This document shows, one piece after another, positions 8,800 through 20,100 of a stretch of 64,000 bases of DNA. Every line of letters begins with the position of its first letter. The stretch's first letter is position 1. The position numbers and the translations under genes were made by a program. The stretch lies in the IMG/VR virus record IMGVR_UViG_3300023703_000810; one strand, written 5' to 3'. Under the pieces are notes generated by a model. That model did no database searches. It worked only from the letters and a program-made list of their open reading frames with translations, and was not told the DNA's origin. The stretch is from an uncultured virus (IMG/VR IMGVR_UViG_3300023703_000810). Its lineage: Duplodnaviria; Heunggongvirae; Uroviricota; Caudoviricetes.

Positions 8800-11021
8800 T
8801 GATTACTAAACCAAAGCTATCATCTCTGGTAGCGTCTCAGTTACCAGAGTTTGTTCGAGATGATTACGGTACGTTTGTTGCATTCTTACAAGCGTATTAT
8901 GATTATCTTGAAACAACACAACAAGACTTAGGTAATCTTAGAGATCTGGATAAAACACTAGACTCTTTCATTCGCTACTTCAAAGATGAACTAGCATCAA
9001 AGTTACCTTACACTACGGTAGAACCTCGATTCTTGATGGAACATATCAAGGAACATTATGGAGCGAAAGGTTCTGAGGCTTCTTACAAGTTATTGTTCAG
9101 AATTTTATTCAATAAAGACGTTTCTGTAGAGTATCCAGCCAAGCAGATGCTTCGTGCTTCTGATGGTAAATGGAACCAAGACGTTTCAGTATTCATCAAG
9201 ATTCTTACTGGCCATCCAAACGATCCAATCGGTAAGTTAGTTGACGTTGTTACACCAAACAAGATTATTCGTGTTCTAGTTGATCGTCGCCAATATGTTG
9301 AAGTTGAAGTAGACCGTGTTGTTAAAATTGCAGACAACGTTTATGAATATTACATCGATCGTCGTTTCTTCGGTAACATCTCTGTTGGCGATAGACTGCG
9401 ATATCGCGATGACGTTGCGGGCATCTACTTTACTGGTGAGATTCTAGCCACGACTTCTACATTAGAGATCCAAAAACCTGGAACTGGTTTCAAGATTGGC
9501 GACTTATACAATATTAGAAACTTCGATGGATACGGATCCATTATGAAGGTTGCTCGTGTAGATTCCAATGGTGGTATCGCACAGGCTCAGTTTATTAAGT
9601 ATGGTGTTGGTTACACAACTGACTTCACTACAACAATTTCTGCTAAATCGGGACAAGACGTTTCTGGCACAGCGGGTACAATTATACAACGTGTTGACAC
9701 AGTAGTTGGCAGTAACGTTGTAACTCAACTCACAATCTCTGAAAAGTTAGATGGTTTCGCCGAGAGTGGTACGATTAACACTTCTGATTATAACATTGAT
9801 GAATCTGGAATCCCAGCATTTGACGGAACATACGTTGGTCTAGTATTACGAGAGTTTGGTATCTCTAGTGTTGACTCTACAACAACAGGTAACGATCCTG
9901 CTATTCTTAAATGTACTCTTGGACCATTGGCAAAATATCCAGGCTACTACGTTAACAATGATGGCTTCTTGGACGATGCAATCTTTATTCAAGACAGTCG
10001 CTACTACCAAGCCTTCTCTTATGTTATTAAGATCGATGAGGCATTGAACTCATATAAGACAGTCGTTAAGAACTTGATCCACCCTTCAGGTATGGCTATC
10101 TTCGGCGAGTATGATATTCGTAATGAATTTGATATTAGTGAAACATTAGAATCTTTGGTTAAGATTTTAGCAGTTACAGTTCAAGATGAAGTAACAACAA
10201 CTACTATCGGAGAAGAGCTAGATCTAGGTAGAACAATGCCATATCTAGATTTTAGCAAGTATTTCGATGATCAGACATCAAATTACGATGACTTCGTAGA
10301 AGGTCACTATGTAACTATGGTTGAAACTGGATTAGCTTTAGACAGCACCAGAACAATGCCATACTTAACACTGTCTAAACCTATCGATGGAACTAATCTA
10401 AATTACAATGGTGATGTTGAGTCACAGTCTATTTCTCTGGCAGACGGTGGAGATGTAGAAGACTCTACAAGAACAATGCCATATTTTGCAGTTTCTAAGT
10501 CTCTGACATTAAACCACTATATCAACGATGGCACTACACAAGACGCAGAGTCTGTGTATATGATAGATACAACTGGCACTGATTCTACAAGAACGATGCC
10601 GTATCTAACATTGTTTAAAGCACTAGATAATCACCTTAACTATGACCTAGTTTATGATGATGAAACAGTGTTAATGGCTGAAAACGCTATATTATACGTA
10701 TTAGGCACTAGAACTGGCGCAGACATTATCGATGTAACTAAGTCTTTAGTTGCTGGTCACTATATTAATGATGGTGTTACAGCAGATTCTGAGCAAGTAG
10801 TTATGTCTGATACAGATGCTACTAGCTCGACCGACCTAAATAGAACGACACCAGCATTTGTTTACACAACTACTATCGACCCATCATACTATGGTGGAGA
10901 TGATAATGCTGCGCCTACTGATTCTGGAGGCGTTATCGACATTAACCCTTATGGAGAAGCTGGCTTCTTCTTAAATGATGGTGGATTATATGTTGGCAAT
11001 CCGATCGTATTCACAGGCTAA
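8799..11021 (+). CDS. Baseplate wedge initiator (gp7-like) with C-terminal 40-aa repeats
   Basis: QLPEFVRDDY..FLQAYY; KGSEASYKLLFRILF; IQDSRYYQAFSYVIK..HPSG; follows gp6. Confidence 0.65.
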   Translation: MITKPKLSSLVASQLPEFVRDDYGTFVAFLQAYYDYLETTQQDLGNLRDLDKTLDSFIRYFKDELASKLPYTTVEPRFLMEHIKEHYGAKGSEASYKLLFRILFNKDVSVEYPAKQMLRASDGKWNQDVSVFIKILTGHPNDPIGKLVDVVTPNKIIRVLVDRRQYVEVEVDRVVKIADNVYEYYIDRRFFGNISVGDRLRYRDDVAGIYFTGEILATTSTLEIQKPGTGFKIGDLYNIRNFDGYGSIMKVARVDSNGGIAQAQFIKYGVGYTTDFTTTISAKSGQDVSGTAGTIIQRVDTVVGSNVVTQLTISEKLDGFAESGTINTSDYNIDESGIPAFDGTYVGLVLREFGISSVDSTTTGNDPAILKCTLGPLAKYPGYYVNNDGFLDDAIFIQDSRYYQAFSYVIKIDEALNSYKTVVKNLIHPSGMAIFGEYDIRNEFDISETLESLVKILAVTVQDEVTTTTIGEELDLGRTMPYLDFSKYFDDQTSNYDDFVEGHYVTMVETGLALDSTRTMPYLTLSKPIDGTNLNYNGDVESQSISLADGGDVEDSTRTMPYFAVSKSLTLNHYINDGTTQDAESVYMIDTTGTDSTRTMPYLTLFKALDNHLNYDLVYDDETVLMAENAILYVLGTRTGADIIDVTKSLVAGHYINDGVTADSEQVVMSDTDATSSTDLNRTTPAFVYTTTIDPSYYGGDDNAAPTDSGGVIDINPYGEAGFFLNDGGLYVGNPIVFTG
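10230..10855 (+). repeat. Degenerate 120-nt (40-aa) tandem coding repeat, RTMPY unit
   Basis: AGAAC(A/G)ATGCC at 10230, 10350, 10470 and 10590; degenerate AGAAC copies at 10710 and 10842. Confidence 0.85.
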
Positions 11022-11046
11022 CACAATTACTCAATAGGAGAATTTT

Positions 11047-11499
11047 ATGGAATTTCAACAACAAGAAGAACTTAAAGCTACAGGCGAAGTACAGATTCAA
11101 CTTCTGGACGCTTCTGGTAAAGTTAAAGAAACACACAAGGTTAAAAACCTAGTTGTTACAACAGGTAAGACTTATATCGCTGCGCGTATGCAGGGCACTT
11201 CTGTGCCAACAGTTATGGGTTTCATGGCAATTGGTACAGGTACTGCAACCCCAGCTGTAGCAAACACTACACTAGGCGTTGAAGCTGGTCGAGTAGCATT
11301 GGCTTCTTTCTCATCTTCTGCTAACCAAGTTACTGCTACTGCTACTTTCCCAGCAGGTACTGGTACTGGTGCTATCACTGAAGCAGGTATTTTCAATGCT
11401 AATACTGGCGGTACAATGCTTTGCCGTACAACTTTCCCAGTTGTTAACAAGGCTGCTGGCGACTCTATCGCTATCACTTGGGTTGTTACAGTAAGCTAA
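11047..11499 (+). CDS. Baseplate/tail-associated structural protein
   Basis: KNLVVTTGK..MAIGTG..ITEAGIFNA motif common in phage tail proteins; strong AGGAG RBS. Confidence 0.6.
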   Translation: MEFQQQEELKATGEVQIQLLDASGKVKETHKVKNLVVTTGKTYIAARMQGTSVPTVMGFMAIGTGTATPAVANTTLGVEAGRVALASFSSSANQVTATATFPAGTGTGAITEAGIFNANTGGTMLCRTTFPVVNKAAGDSIAITWVVTVS

Positions 11500-11515
11500 T
11501 TTTTAGGTAAATTCA

Positions 11516-14098
11516 ATGAGCTCATCTTCTTTACTGAAGTCTCCTCTACATAACTCTATTGCAGAGGCGTTGTACGATGAGATCCAGAACCGAAATGCAC
11601 GTTACTACTATTTCTTAGGAAAGACTGTTAGTTGGGTGGACGACACAACTCCTCCATACCCAATTGACAGTTTCGATTATGAGTTACAAACACGTAACGA
11701 AATGATCACTCTAAAAGAAATCAAGAGCACAGACGTATCATTCGTTATCCCACGTGTAGACTGGGTAGCTAATCAGGTTTGGGATATGTACGATGATCAG
11801 TACAGCGATGAAGTTCAAGGTATCAACCTAATCTCAGGTGGTTATGGATATTCAGATCCACCTTCTATCACAATCACTGGTGGTGGCGGTTCTGGCGCAG
11901 TTGCTGTGCCATATATCGTGGATGGTGTTATCGTTTCTATCGAAATGGTTTCTAAGGGACGAGGATATACTTCTGTTCCAACAGTTACTATTTCTGGTGG
12001 AGGTGGTGATGGAGCAGCTGCAGAAGCTAAAGTTACCATTGCTTACTCTGGCGCGCAGCGTTTAGAAGACATTAACTCTGTTGTTATAACAGACGAGTAC
12101 AACGTTTACAAATGTCTTGATAATAATAACAATGCAATTTCTACATACAAACCAATCGGTACTGTTGTAGATCCAGTTACAATGCCAGACGGATATATGT
12201 GGAAATACATGTATAGTATTCCAATCGCTCTGCGCAACAAATTCTTGACTGATGCATATATGCCAGTCGTTAACTCTATCCGTTCACAGTTTTACTCTAA
12301 CGGAGAGATCTTAAACGTTATTCTAGAAAATAACGGTAAGAATTATACATTTGCCTCAATCTCTGTTGCAGGCGACGGATATCGTGAGTCTGATCCGCTA
12401 CTGTTACAGAACGTTAATATTTCTGCAGGTGGCACTGGATACAATTCTGGTGCAACTATTCAGATCGATCCTCCTTTCTCTGGTGCCAATACTTGGGTTG
12501 CCAACATCGGTATCTTATTGGGTCAACGTGTAGAATATAATAACAACATCTATGAAGCTACAGTTACAGGCGTAACTGCTACACCAGCACCAACACATAA
12601 GTCTGGTATCGTATCTAATGGTACAGCTTCTCTAAAATATATCGGTACACGCGCAACTGGATCTGTTGCAGTTTCTGGTGGTGTTGTTACTGGAGTAGTT
12701 TTAAATGGTAGTATCTTAGAAGTTGATATTACATCTGCAGGTTCTGGTTATACATCTGCTCCATCAGTATCATTAGTCGGTGGTGGCGGTTCTGGTTTTG
12801 TTGGTTCTGCTGTTATGAGTGGAACTGGCGTATCTAAAGTCTACGTTTCAGACTCTGGTGACTCTTATACTTCTATTCCTACTGCAGTTTTTGGAAGACA
12901 GTGGGCTGCTTCTACTGCATATACAGTAGGAACTCAGATTTTCTATTCTAACCGTTTGTATACAGTAACAACTGCGGGTACTTCTAGCAGTGTTGCCCCT
13001 ACTCATACATCTGGCGCAGCAGCTAACGGTACTGCGATACTTACGTACGTTGGATCTCCAGCCACAGGCACTGTTGTGCTAAAATATGGATCTGGTTATT
13101 CTACATTACCAAATATTCAAATTCAACCAGTTTCTGGTGGTGCTGGCGCGACAGGTTACTTTGTTGGCGTTAAGTCAGAAGCTAAACTTGTTCCTATCCT
13201 TTCGAATGGTCAAATTATCGGCGTCCAGATTGATAATGGCGGCGTTGGATATACATACGCGAACTTGACTGTTGCTGGTGACGGTACTGAGGCTAAAATT
13301 ACAGCAGACTTGAGTCCAGGTGATATCAATACGCTACAAGCCAATACTGAGCTACTTACACCAGATGGTCGTATTATGGCATGGCCAGTTATCTCTGGCG
13401 GTTATGGTTACGGATCTAATTTCCCGATCACTATTGATGGTGACGGTACTGGTGCTGCTGCAACTGCTATTGTTGAGGGTGGTGCAATCAAGAAGATTCA
13501 AGTAGACAGCTATGGTCTAGGTTATCACTGGGCTACTGCATCTTTTGATCAGGGTTCTGGATTCGGCGCTAAGGTTCGTCCAGTTCGTGCTCCATTTGGT
13601 GGTCACGGTAAAGATCCAATATCAGGTGTATTTGCTAGAACTCTTATGTTCTATACTAACATCTCTAAGGATACCAACCAAGGATTTAACGTCAATAACG
13701 ATTTCCGTCAACTAGGCATCATTAAGAATCCACGTCAGTTTGCTTCTTATGGTAACTTAAAGAGTGCATTGGCATCTGCTTGTTACGTTGTTACTGGATC
13801 TATCGATACTTCTAAATTCAAGCCAGATATGGAATTGACACTAGGTTCATCTACTGGTCGCAAATTCCGTATTGTTTCTGCTACTACAACTGCTGTGCTT
13901 TTACAGTCACTAGAAAATGCAGTACCTACTGTTGGTGCTACATTCTTAAACCCTAGTTCAGAAGGGTTCACTGCCTCTGGGGTTACTGCTCCAACTGCAG
14001 ATAAATATTCTGGTCATATTCTGTTTATCGATAATAAACAGGCGTTCACACCGACCGCTGACCAAACAGTTACGCTAAGAACTGTTATCAAATTCTAA
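11516..14098 (+). CDS. Baseplate wedge gp8-like protein with GSGYT repeats and CBM-like inserts
   Basis: VIPRVDW, YNVYKCLDNN, DGYMWKYMY, GGHGKDP, NDFRQLGIIKNP and final VIKF are gp8-like. Confidence 0.75.
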   Translation: MSSSSLLKSPLHNSIAEALYDEIQNRNARYYYFLGKTVSWVDDTTPPYPIDSFDYELQTRNEMITLKEIKSTDVSFVIPRVDWVANQVWDMYDDQYSDEVQGINLISGGYGYSDPPSITITGGGGSGAVAVPYIVDGVIVSIEMVSKGRGYTSVPTVTISGGGGDGAAAEAKVTIAYSGAQRLEDINSVVITDEYNVYKCLDNNNNAISTYKPIGTVVDPVTMPDGYMWKYMYSIPIALRNKFLTDAYMPVVNSIRSQFYSNGEILNVILENNGKNYTFASISVAGDGYRESDPLLLQNVNISAGGTGYNSGATIQIDPPFSGANTWVANIGILLGQRVEYNNNIYEATVTGVTATPAPTHKSGIVSNGTASLKYIGTRATGSVAVSGGVVTGVVLNGSILEVDITSAGSGYTSAPSVSLVGGGGSGFVGSAVMSGTGVSKVYVSDSGDSYTSIPTAVFGRQWAASTAYTVGTQIFYSNRLYTVTTAGTSSSVAPTHTSGAAANGTAILTYVGSPATGTVVLKYGSGYSTLPNIQIQPVSGGAGATGYFVGVKSEAKLVPILSNGQIIGVQIDNGGVGYTYANLTVAGDGTEAKITADLSPGDINTLQANTELLTPDGRIMAWPVISGGYGYGSNFPITIDGDGTGAAATAIVEGGAIKKIQVDSYGLGYHWATASFDQGSGFGAKVRPVRAPFGGHGKDPISGVFARTLMFYTNISKDTNQGFNVNNDFRQLGIIKNPRQFASYGNLKSALASACYVVTGSIDTSKFKPDMELTLGSSTGRKFRIVSATTTAVLLQSLENAVPTVGATFLNPSSEGFTASGVTAPTADKYSGHILFIDNKQAFTPTADQTVTLRTVIKF

Positions 14099-14132
14099 TA
14101 AATAAAGAATAACATTAAAGAAGAGTATAAGA

Positions 14133-17100
14133 ATGATTGATTTCAATACCGAACCGTATAATGATGACTACGACGAGAACAAGAAGTTCTATCGTATCTT
14201 GTATCGTCCGTCGTTTGCTGTTCAGGCTCGTGAACTTACTCAGATGCAGACCATTCTGCAGAATCAGATTTCTCGACATGGTGATGCCATCTTCAAGCAA
14301 GGTGCAATGGTTATCCCTGGACAGGCAAGCGTAGAGACACTGACACAACCGAACAAAGGTTCTGATTATGTTAAACTGCAACCAATCTATAATGGCGTTG
14401 CAGTTCAAACATTTCTGACTGCTCTGCAAGGTAAAACTATTGTTGGTTCTTCTGGCGTAACAGCACAAGTCTTTAAGATTCAAGATGCTGAAGGTACAGA
14501 TCCAACTACACTGTATGTTCGTTACACTACAACTGGTTCTAACAACACTACTAAAACTTTCTCTGATTCAGAAGTTATCACTACTGAAGATGGCGCGTAC
14601 TCATTCCAAGCAGCTTCTTCTGCTTCTGTAGGTAAAGGTTCTTTAGCTACTATCGCTCGTGGTGTTTACTACATCAACAAACATTTCTGTTTAGTCGAAG
14701 AACAGTCTATCGTTCTAGAGAAATACTCTAACACACCAACATATCGTGTTGGTTTAGTTGTCACTGAGTCACTGGTAACTCCAGAATCAGACGAGACACT
14801 ATTGGATAACGCACAGAACAGCTACAACTATGCTGCTCCAGGTGCTCATCGTTACTATATGGATCTAACATTGACAAAGTTGTCAGTGGATTCTGTAACT
14901 GATACTAACTTCATCGAATTGATTCGTGTTGTTGACGGTAACATTAAAACTATCGTAGAAAAAACAGATTACTCTCTATTGGGTGAGGAGCTTGCTCGTC
15001 GTACAATGGATGAGTCTGGTGATTACACTGTACGCGAGTTTGCATTAGATGTTCGTGAACACCGTAACAACGATCGTGGTGCTTGGCTACAAAACACATC
15101 ATACTTGTATGGTGATATTGTAACCAATGGTGGCTATACTTACGTTGCTAAGAACTCTGGCACATCTGTTACTACTGCTCCAACTCACACTTCTAATACA
15201 GCATATGACGGTCCAGGTTCTACTGGTATTAAATGGGAGTTCACAACAACTCCAGTCTATAATCGTGGTATCTACAAAACAGGTGATGCTGGTAAACTAG
15301 CCATCGGTTTAGAGCCAGGAAAAGCATATGTCAATGGTTGGGAAATCCAGAAAGATTCTACAACTTATCTAGAAGTCAACAAAGCACGTGACTACGCTCA
15401 GGCTTTGGGTAGCATCATCCAACCAGCGGTTGGTAACTATGTACTTGTTACGAACGTAAACAACCTACCTCCAGTTGATACTCTAGCCACAATTTCTTTA
15501 CGTCAGAACATTACAGGCACTTCTGTTGGTACAGCACAAGGTTCTGAAATCGGTACTGCCCGTGTTCGCATTATGGAATGGGATTCTGGCGCAACATACG
15601 GTTCTACTGCTGTCTACAAACTTAGTTTGTTTGACGTTCAAATGAATAGTGGTTATAGCTTTAACCGTGATGTTAAGTCATTCTACTATGCTGGAGCGAG
15701 TGCGTACTTGAGCTTCAGTGCTGATATTAACCCAATCTGGTATCAACTACCAAACTCTTCTGTAACTGCTTCTTCTACAACTGTAACAGGTGTGGGTACT
15801 GCATTCTTGACAGACTTGAAGGTTAATGACTTAATTCTCATCGGTGATAGCAACTACCGTCGCGTTACGGCAATTGCTGATAACGGTTCATTGACTATTG
15901 ATTCTGTTTTGTCTATTGCAACAGGCGTTTCAATTAAGAGAGCCACTACTCAAATTCTCGAAGCTAACAATACTAGCTTGGTATTCCCATTAGCGAACTA
16001 TGCTGTTCGCGCAATGCGTGGTGCTGGTAACTCTGGTGTTAACAACACAACTTATACTTGCTACCAAAAATTCACACAGACTGCTTCTGGTACAACTTTG
16101 TCTCTAAGCACTTCTGGAACTTTTGCTTCTGCGTCTGGAAATACTAACTACATCGTAGTTGATAATAACAACGGCACTTACGGTGGTACTGTTATTAACC
16201 CAGTGTCTATTGTTCCTACTGGTTCTACTTGCGTTATTACATTACCTGCAAACCAATCTGGTCACTCTATGACTGTTATTGCAGCTGTTACACGTAACGG
16301 TTCTGGCTATGAAAAGACTAAGACTCTAACATCAGCTACTGAAACATTTACTACTGCTGCTTTAGCTCAACAGTCTACTGTTTATCTTGACAAGGCAGAC
16401 GTATCTCGTATCATCTCTATCAAGATGGCACCAGCTGTTGCATTCGGTTCTACTCCTACTTCTGCTCAATATACATTGGATATCTCTGATCGTTATGAGT
16501 TTGATAATGGACAGCGCAGCACCCACTATGACTGGGGTCGTTTGAACTTGAAGCCATCTTTTGCTGCTCCTTCAAACCCTATCCAAGTTGTGTACGAATA
16601 CTTCACTCACGGTGTTGGTGATTACTTTGACGTAAACTCTTATAGCAGCATCGACTACAGTGAGATTCCACAGCTACTTCGTGACTCTATCGACTACCGC
16701 CCTCGTGTAGCGGATAAGAGCGCAGGTTCTGCTAAAAACTTCGTTAGCACTAATGCTTCTGTTACTGGTCTACCAAAGCGCGGTGAAAACATTAGCTCAG
16801 ATTACAGCTATTACCTAGCACGTAAAGATAAGATCGCTATCGATAAAAACGGTAAGTTCTTTGACATCGTTGGTGTTCCATCCATTAATCCAGGCGACCC
16901 TGCAGACCCATCTTTGGGTATGGTATTGTATAATATCGAACTACAACCATATACATTCGGTGCTTCTACAGACAACGTTAAAGTTAACAAGATTGAGAAC
17001 AAGCGTTACACAATGCGTGACATTGGTAAACTAGAATCTCGTATCAATAACTTAGAGTACTACACTTCTCTTTCTCTATTAGAACAAGAGACTCAGTCTT

Positions 17101-20100
17101 TGAAGATTACTGATTCTACTGGTATGGATAGAATGAAGAACGGCTTCATTGTAGACAACTTTACTGGTAACAATATCGGTGACGGTTCTTCTAAAGATTA
17201 CTTCTGCTCTATCGATATGGAGAATGGACAACTACGCCCATTCTATACTTCTCATAACGTAAACCTCCTAGAGAAGAATTCTAACTCATCTCAACGTAGT
17301 GCAGCTAACTACCAATTGAACGGTGATATTATTACATTGCCTATCATCGATACACCAGTATTGGTTAAGCAAGAATACGCGTCTCGTTTGGAAAACATTA
17401 ACCCGTTTGCCATCTACACATTCTTGGGTAATGTAAATATTAACCCACCTTCTGATGACTGGTTCGAGACAACTCGCTTACCAGATATCGTTCAGCAAGT
17501 AGAAGGTAACTACAATACTATCAAGCAACTAGCCGAAAAGTCTGGTATTCTTGGTACAGTTTGGGGATCTTGGAACACTGAATGGATTGGTACACCAGTT
17601 TCTAAGGGTGCTGAGACATTAACTAACAACAATGCTTCTAGAGACAAACTTAACTCTATTGCTGGTAACTGGTCTTCTAACGGTGGTTATAACCTTAGAA
17701 GCGTTAAGGTTGAAAACTTCGCTACACCAATTGGTCAATCTCGTACTGGTGTTAAGACTAGCGTTGCTGTTAAGACAGACTATGAGACTGTAGCTGACCG
17801 AGTGGTTTCTTCTGCAGTTATTCCATACATCCGTTCTAGAAACATCTTGATTCAGACTAAGAGCCTGAAGCCTTCTACACGTTTCTATGCTTACTTCGAT
17901 GACATCGATGTTAATGCCTATGTTACTCCATCTACTAAGATGGTTTACACTGCAAACTCTGGCACATTCGATATCACTACAAACGTAGGTGGTTCTGCTT
18001 CTGAAACTAAGCGCCGTATCGGTGGTGATTCTCAGATCTGTTTGAACCGTGGTGATGTTATCACAAACAGCGCTGGAACAGCTTCTGCCGTAGTTGTTGG
18101 TAAGTATGTCGACCCAGTAACTGGTGTTCTATCATTAGACCTACAGAACGTTATCGGTACATTCTCTGCAACTCAGACATTTACTGGTTCTGTTTCTGGT
18201 GCTTCTGGTACAGTAGTTTCTATCTCTACTCCAACAACACTGACTACAAACGCTAGCGGTGAATTGTCGTTCATCTTCAACATCCCAGAAACAGACGCGA
18301 TTCGTTTCCGTACTGGTGCTCGTGAGTTAAAACTTATCGACACATCTACATCTACAGGACAATGGTCTTCTCGTGGACGTGGTATCTATCGTGCTGAAGG
18401 TATCTTGGATACTAAACAAGCTAACGTCAACGCTGTTCGTAATGCGGAGATCGTTAAAGAGATGGTTGGTCCAAATGATGATCCAGCTGCTCGTCAAACA
18501 ATTTACCAGACTAGCCAGAAAGTTCTTTCTGACACTGGTTGGTATGACCCTCTAGCGCAGTCATTCTTGGTTCAACAAAAAGGTGGCGCGTTCTTGACTG
18601 GCATCGACGTGTTCTTTGCAACTAAAGACGCAGCAATCCCAGTTAGCCTAGAAATCCGTGAGATGGTTAATGGTACACCTGGAAAGAACGTGCTAGCATT
18701 TAGCCATACTGTTCTAAACCCAAGTCAAGTTAATCTGTCTTCTACTCTAGTGACTTTGGATGGTACAGACTACCCAACATACGATACTCCTACTCGTTTC
18801 ACTTTCACAACACCTGTGTATGTAGAAAACAACGTAGAGTACTGTTTCGTTCTTCAGTCTGATTCAAACAACTACAAAGTATGGATCTCTAACATGGGCG
18901 ATACAATTCCAGGAACTTCTGGAAGAACTATCTCTTCACAGCCATATGCTGGTGTATTGTTCAAGTCTCAGAACGCATCTACTTGGACTCCAGATCAGAA
19001 CCAAGATATGAAGTTTACAATCTACCGCGCTCAGTTTGATACTAGCGTTGTCGGTAGCGTAGACTTCGTTAACGACGTAATCCCAAAGGATACTTTAGAC
19101 ACAGATCCAGTCCAGACAGTTTCTGGAACTAATACAGTTCGCGTATGGCACTATGACCATGGTATGTATGTTGGTTCTAGAGTAACTATCTCTGGTATTA
19201 CTGCTGATGTTAACGGTATTCCTGCTTCTGAACTTAACGGTGACCATGTTATCGTTACTGCAGACTCTGACTGCTATACTTTCTCTGCTACGACTAATGC
19301 TACATCTAGCGGTTATAGTGGTGGTACTGCAGTTAAGGCTACAAGAAACATCACATATGATTTGATTAACCCTTCTCTGCAGATGCAAACTTTCTCTGAT
19401 ACTAAGTGTAGCTTTAACATTAAGACTACATCTGGAAAATCAGTTGATGGTGGTCAAACTCCTTATATTGCTGATACTACTGTATCTCCTTGCTTAGTTA
19501 AGGAAGATACTTACTTCTATACTCCACGTGTTATCGCTTCTGAGATTAACGAAGTCAACTCTGCTCTTGGTGGCGCTAAGTCAGTCACATTTACTGCTCT
19601 TATCTCTACAACTAACGATGCAGTTTCTCCAGTGATTGATACTGCTCGCGCGAGTTTAGTTGCTATCTCTAACTCTATCAATTCTCCTACTGAGGCTAAT
19701 ACCAACGTAGCTGCTTTGGACACTAAGACAATCTTCACTGGTTCTACTGGTGCTTATGCGTTCACTGCTACTGGCTTTACATCTACAAACTCTACAGTTC
19801 GTGGTTTGATGGCAAGTATCGGTATCGGACGCTATGTAACTCTTGCTGGTTCTTCTAACTCTGGTAACAATGGTACATACCTAGTTACTAACTTTAGTGA
19901 TAACGGTACTACTGCAACTATCACTCTTGGTGGTTTCACTGGTACAGTTGAATCTGTTACTACTTCTGGTGTTAGCGTTGCTCTACGCGAATTGTTCTTT
20001 GACGAGATCGCTCCATCTGGTAGCTCAACTACAAGCAAGTATGTAACTACTCCAGTTAAGTTTAACTTTAGCTCTACATATATGAGAATCAAGTTCGCTG

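Noticed and set aside
10230..10855. CRISPR-like array, suggested by regularly spaced repeats
   Set aside because: The repeats are short, degenerate, in frame and 120 nt apart inside a CDS; no cas genes are present.
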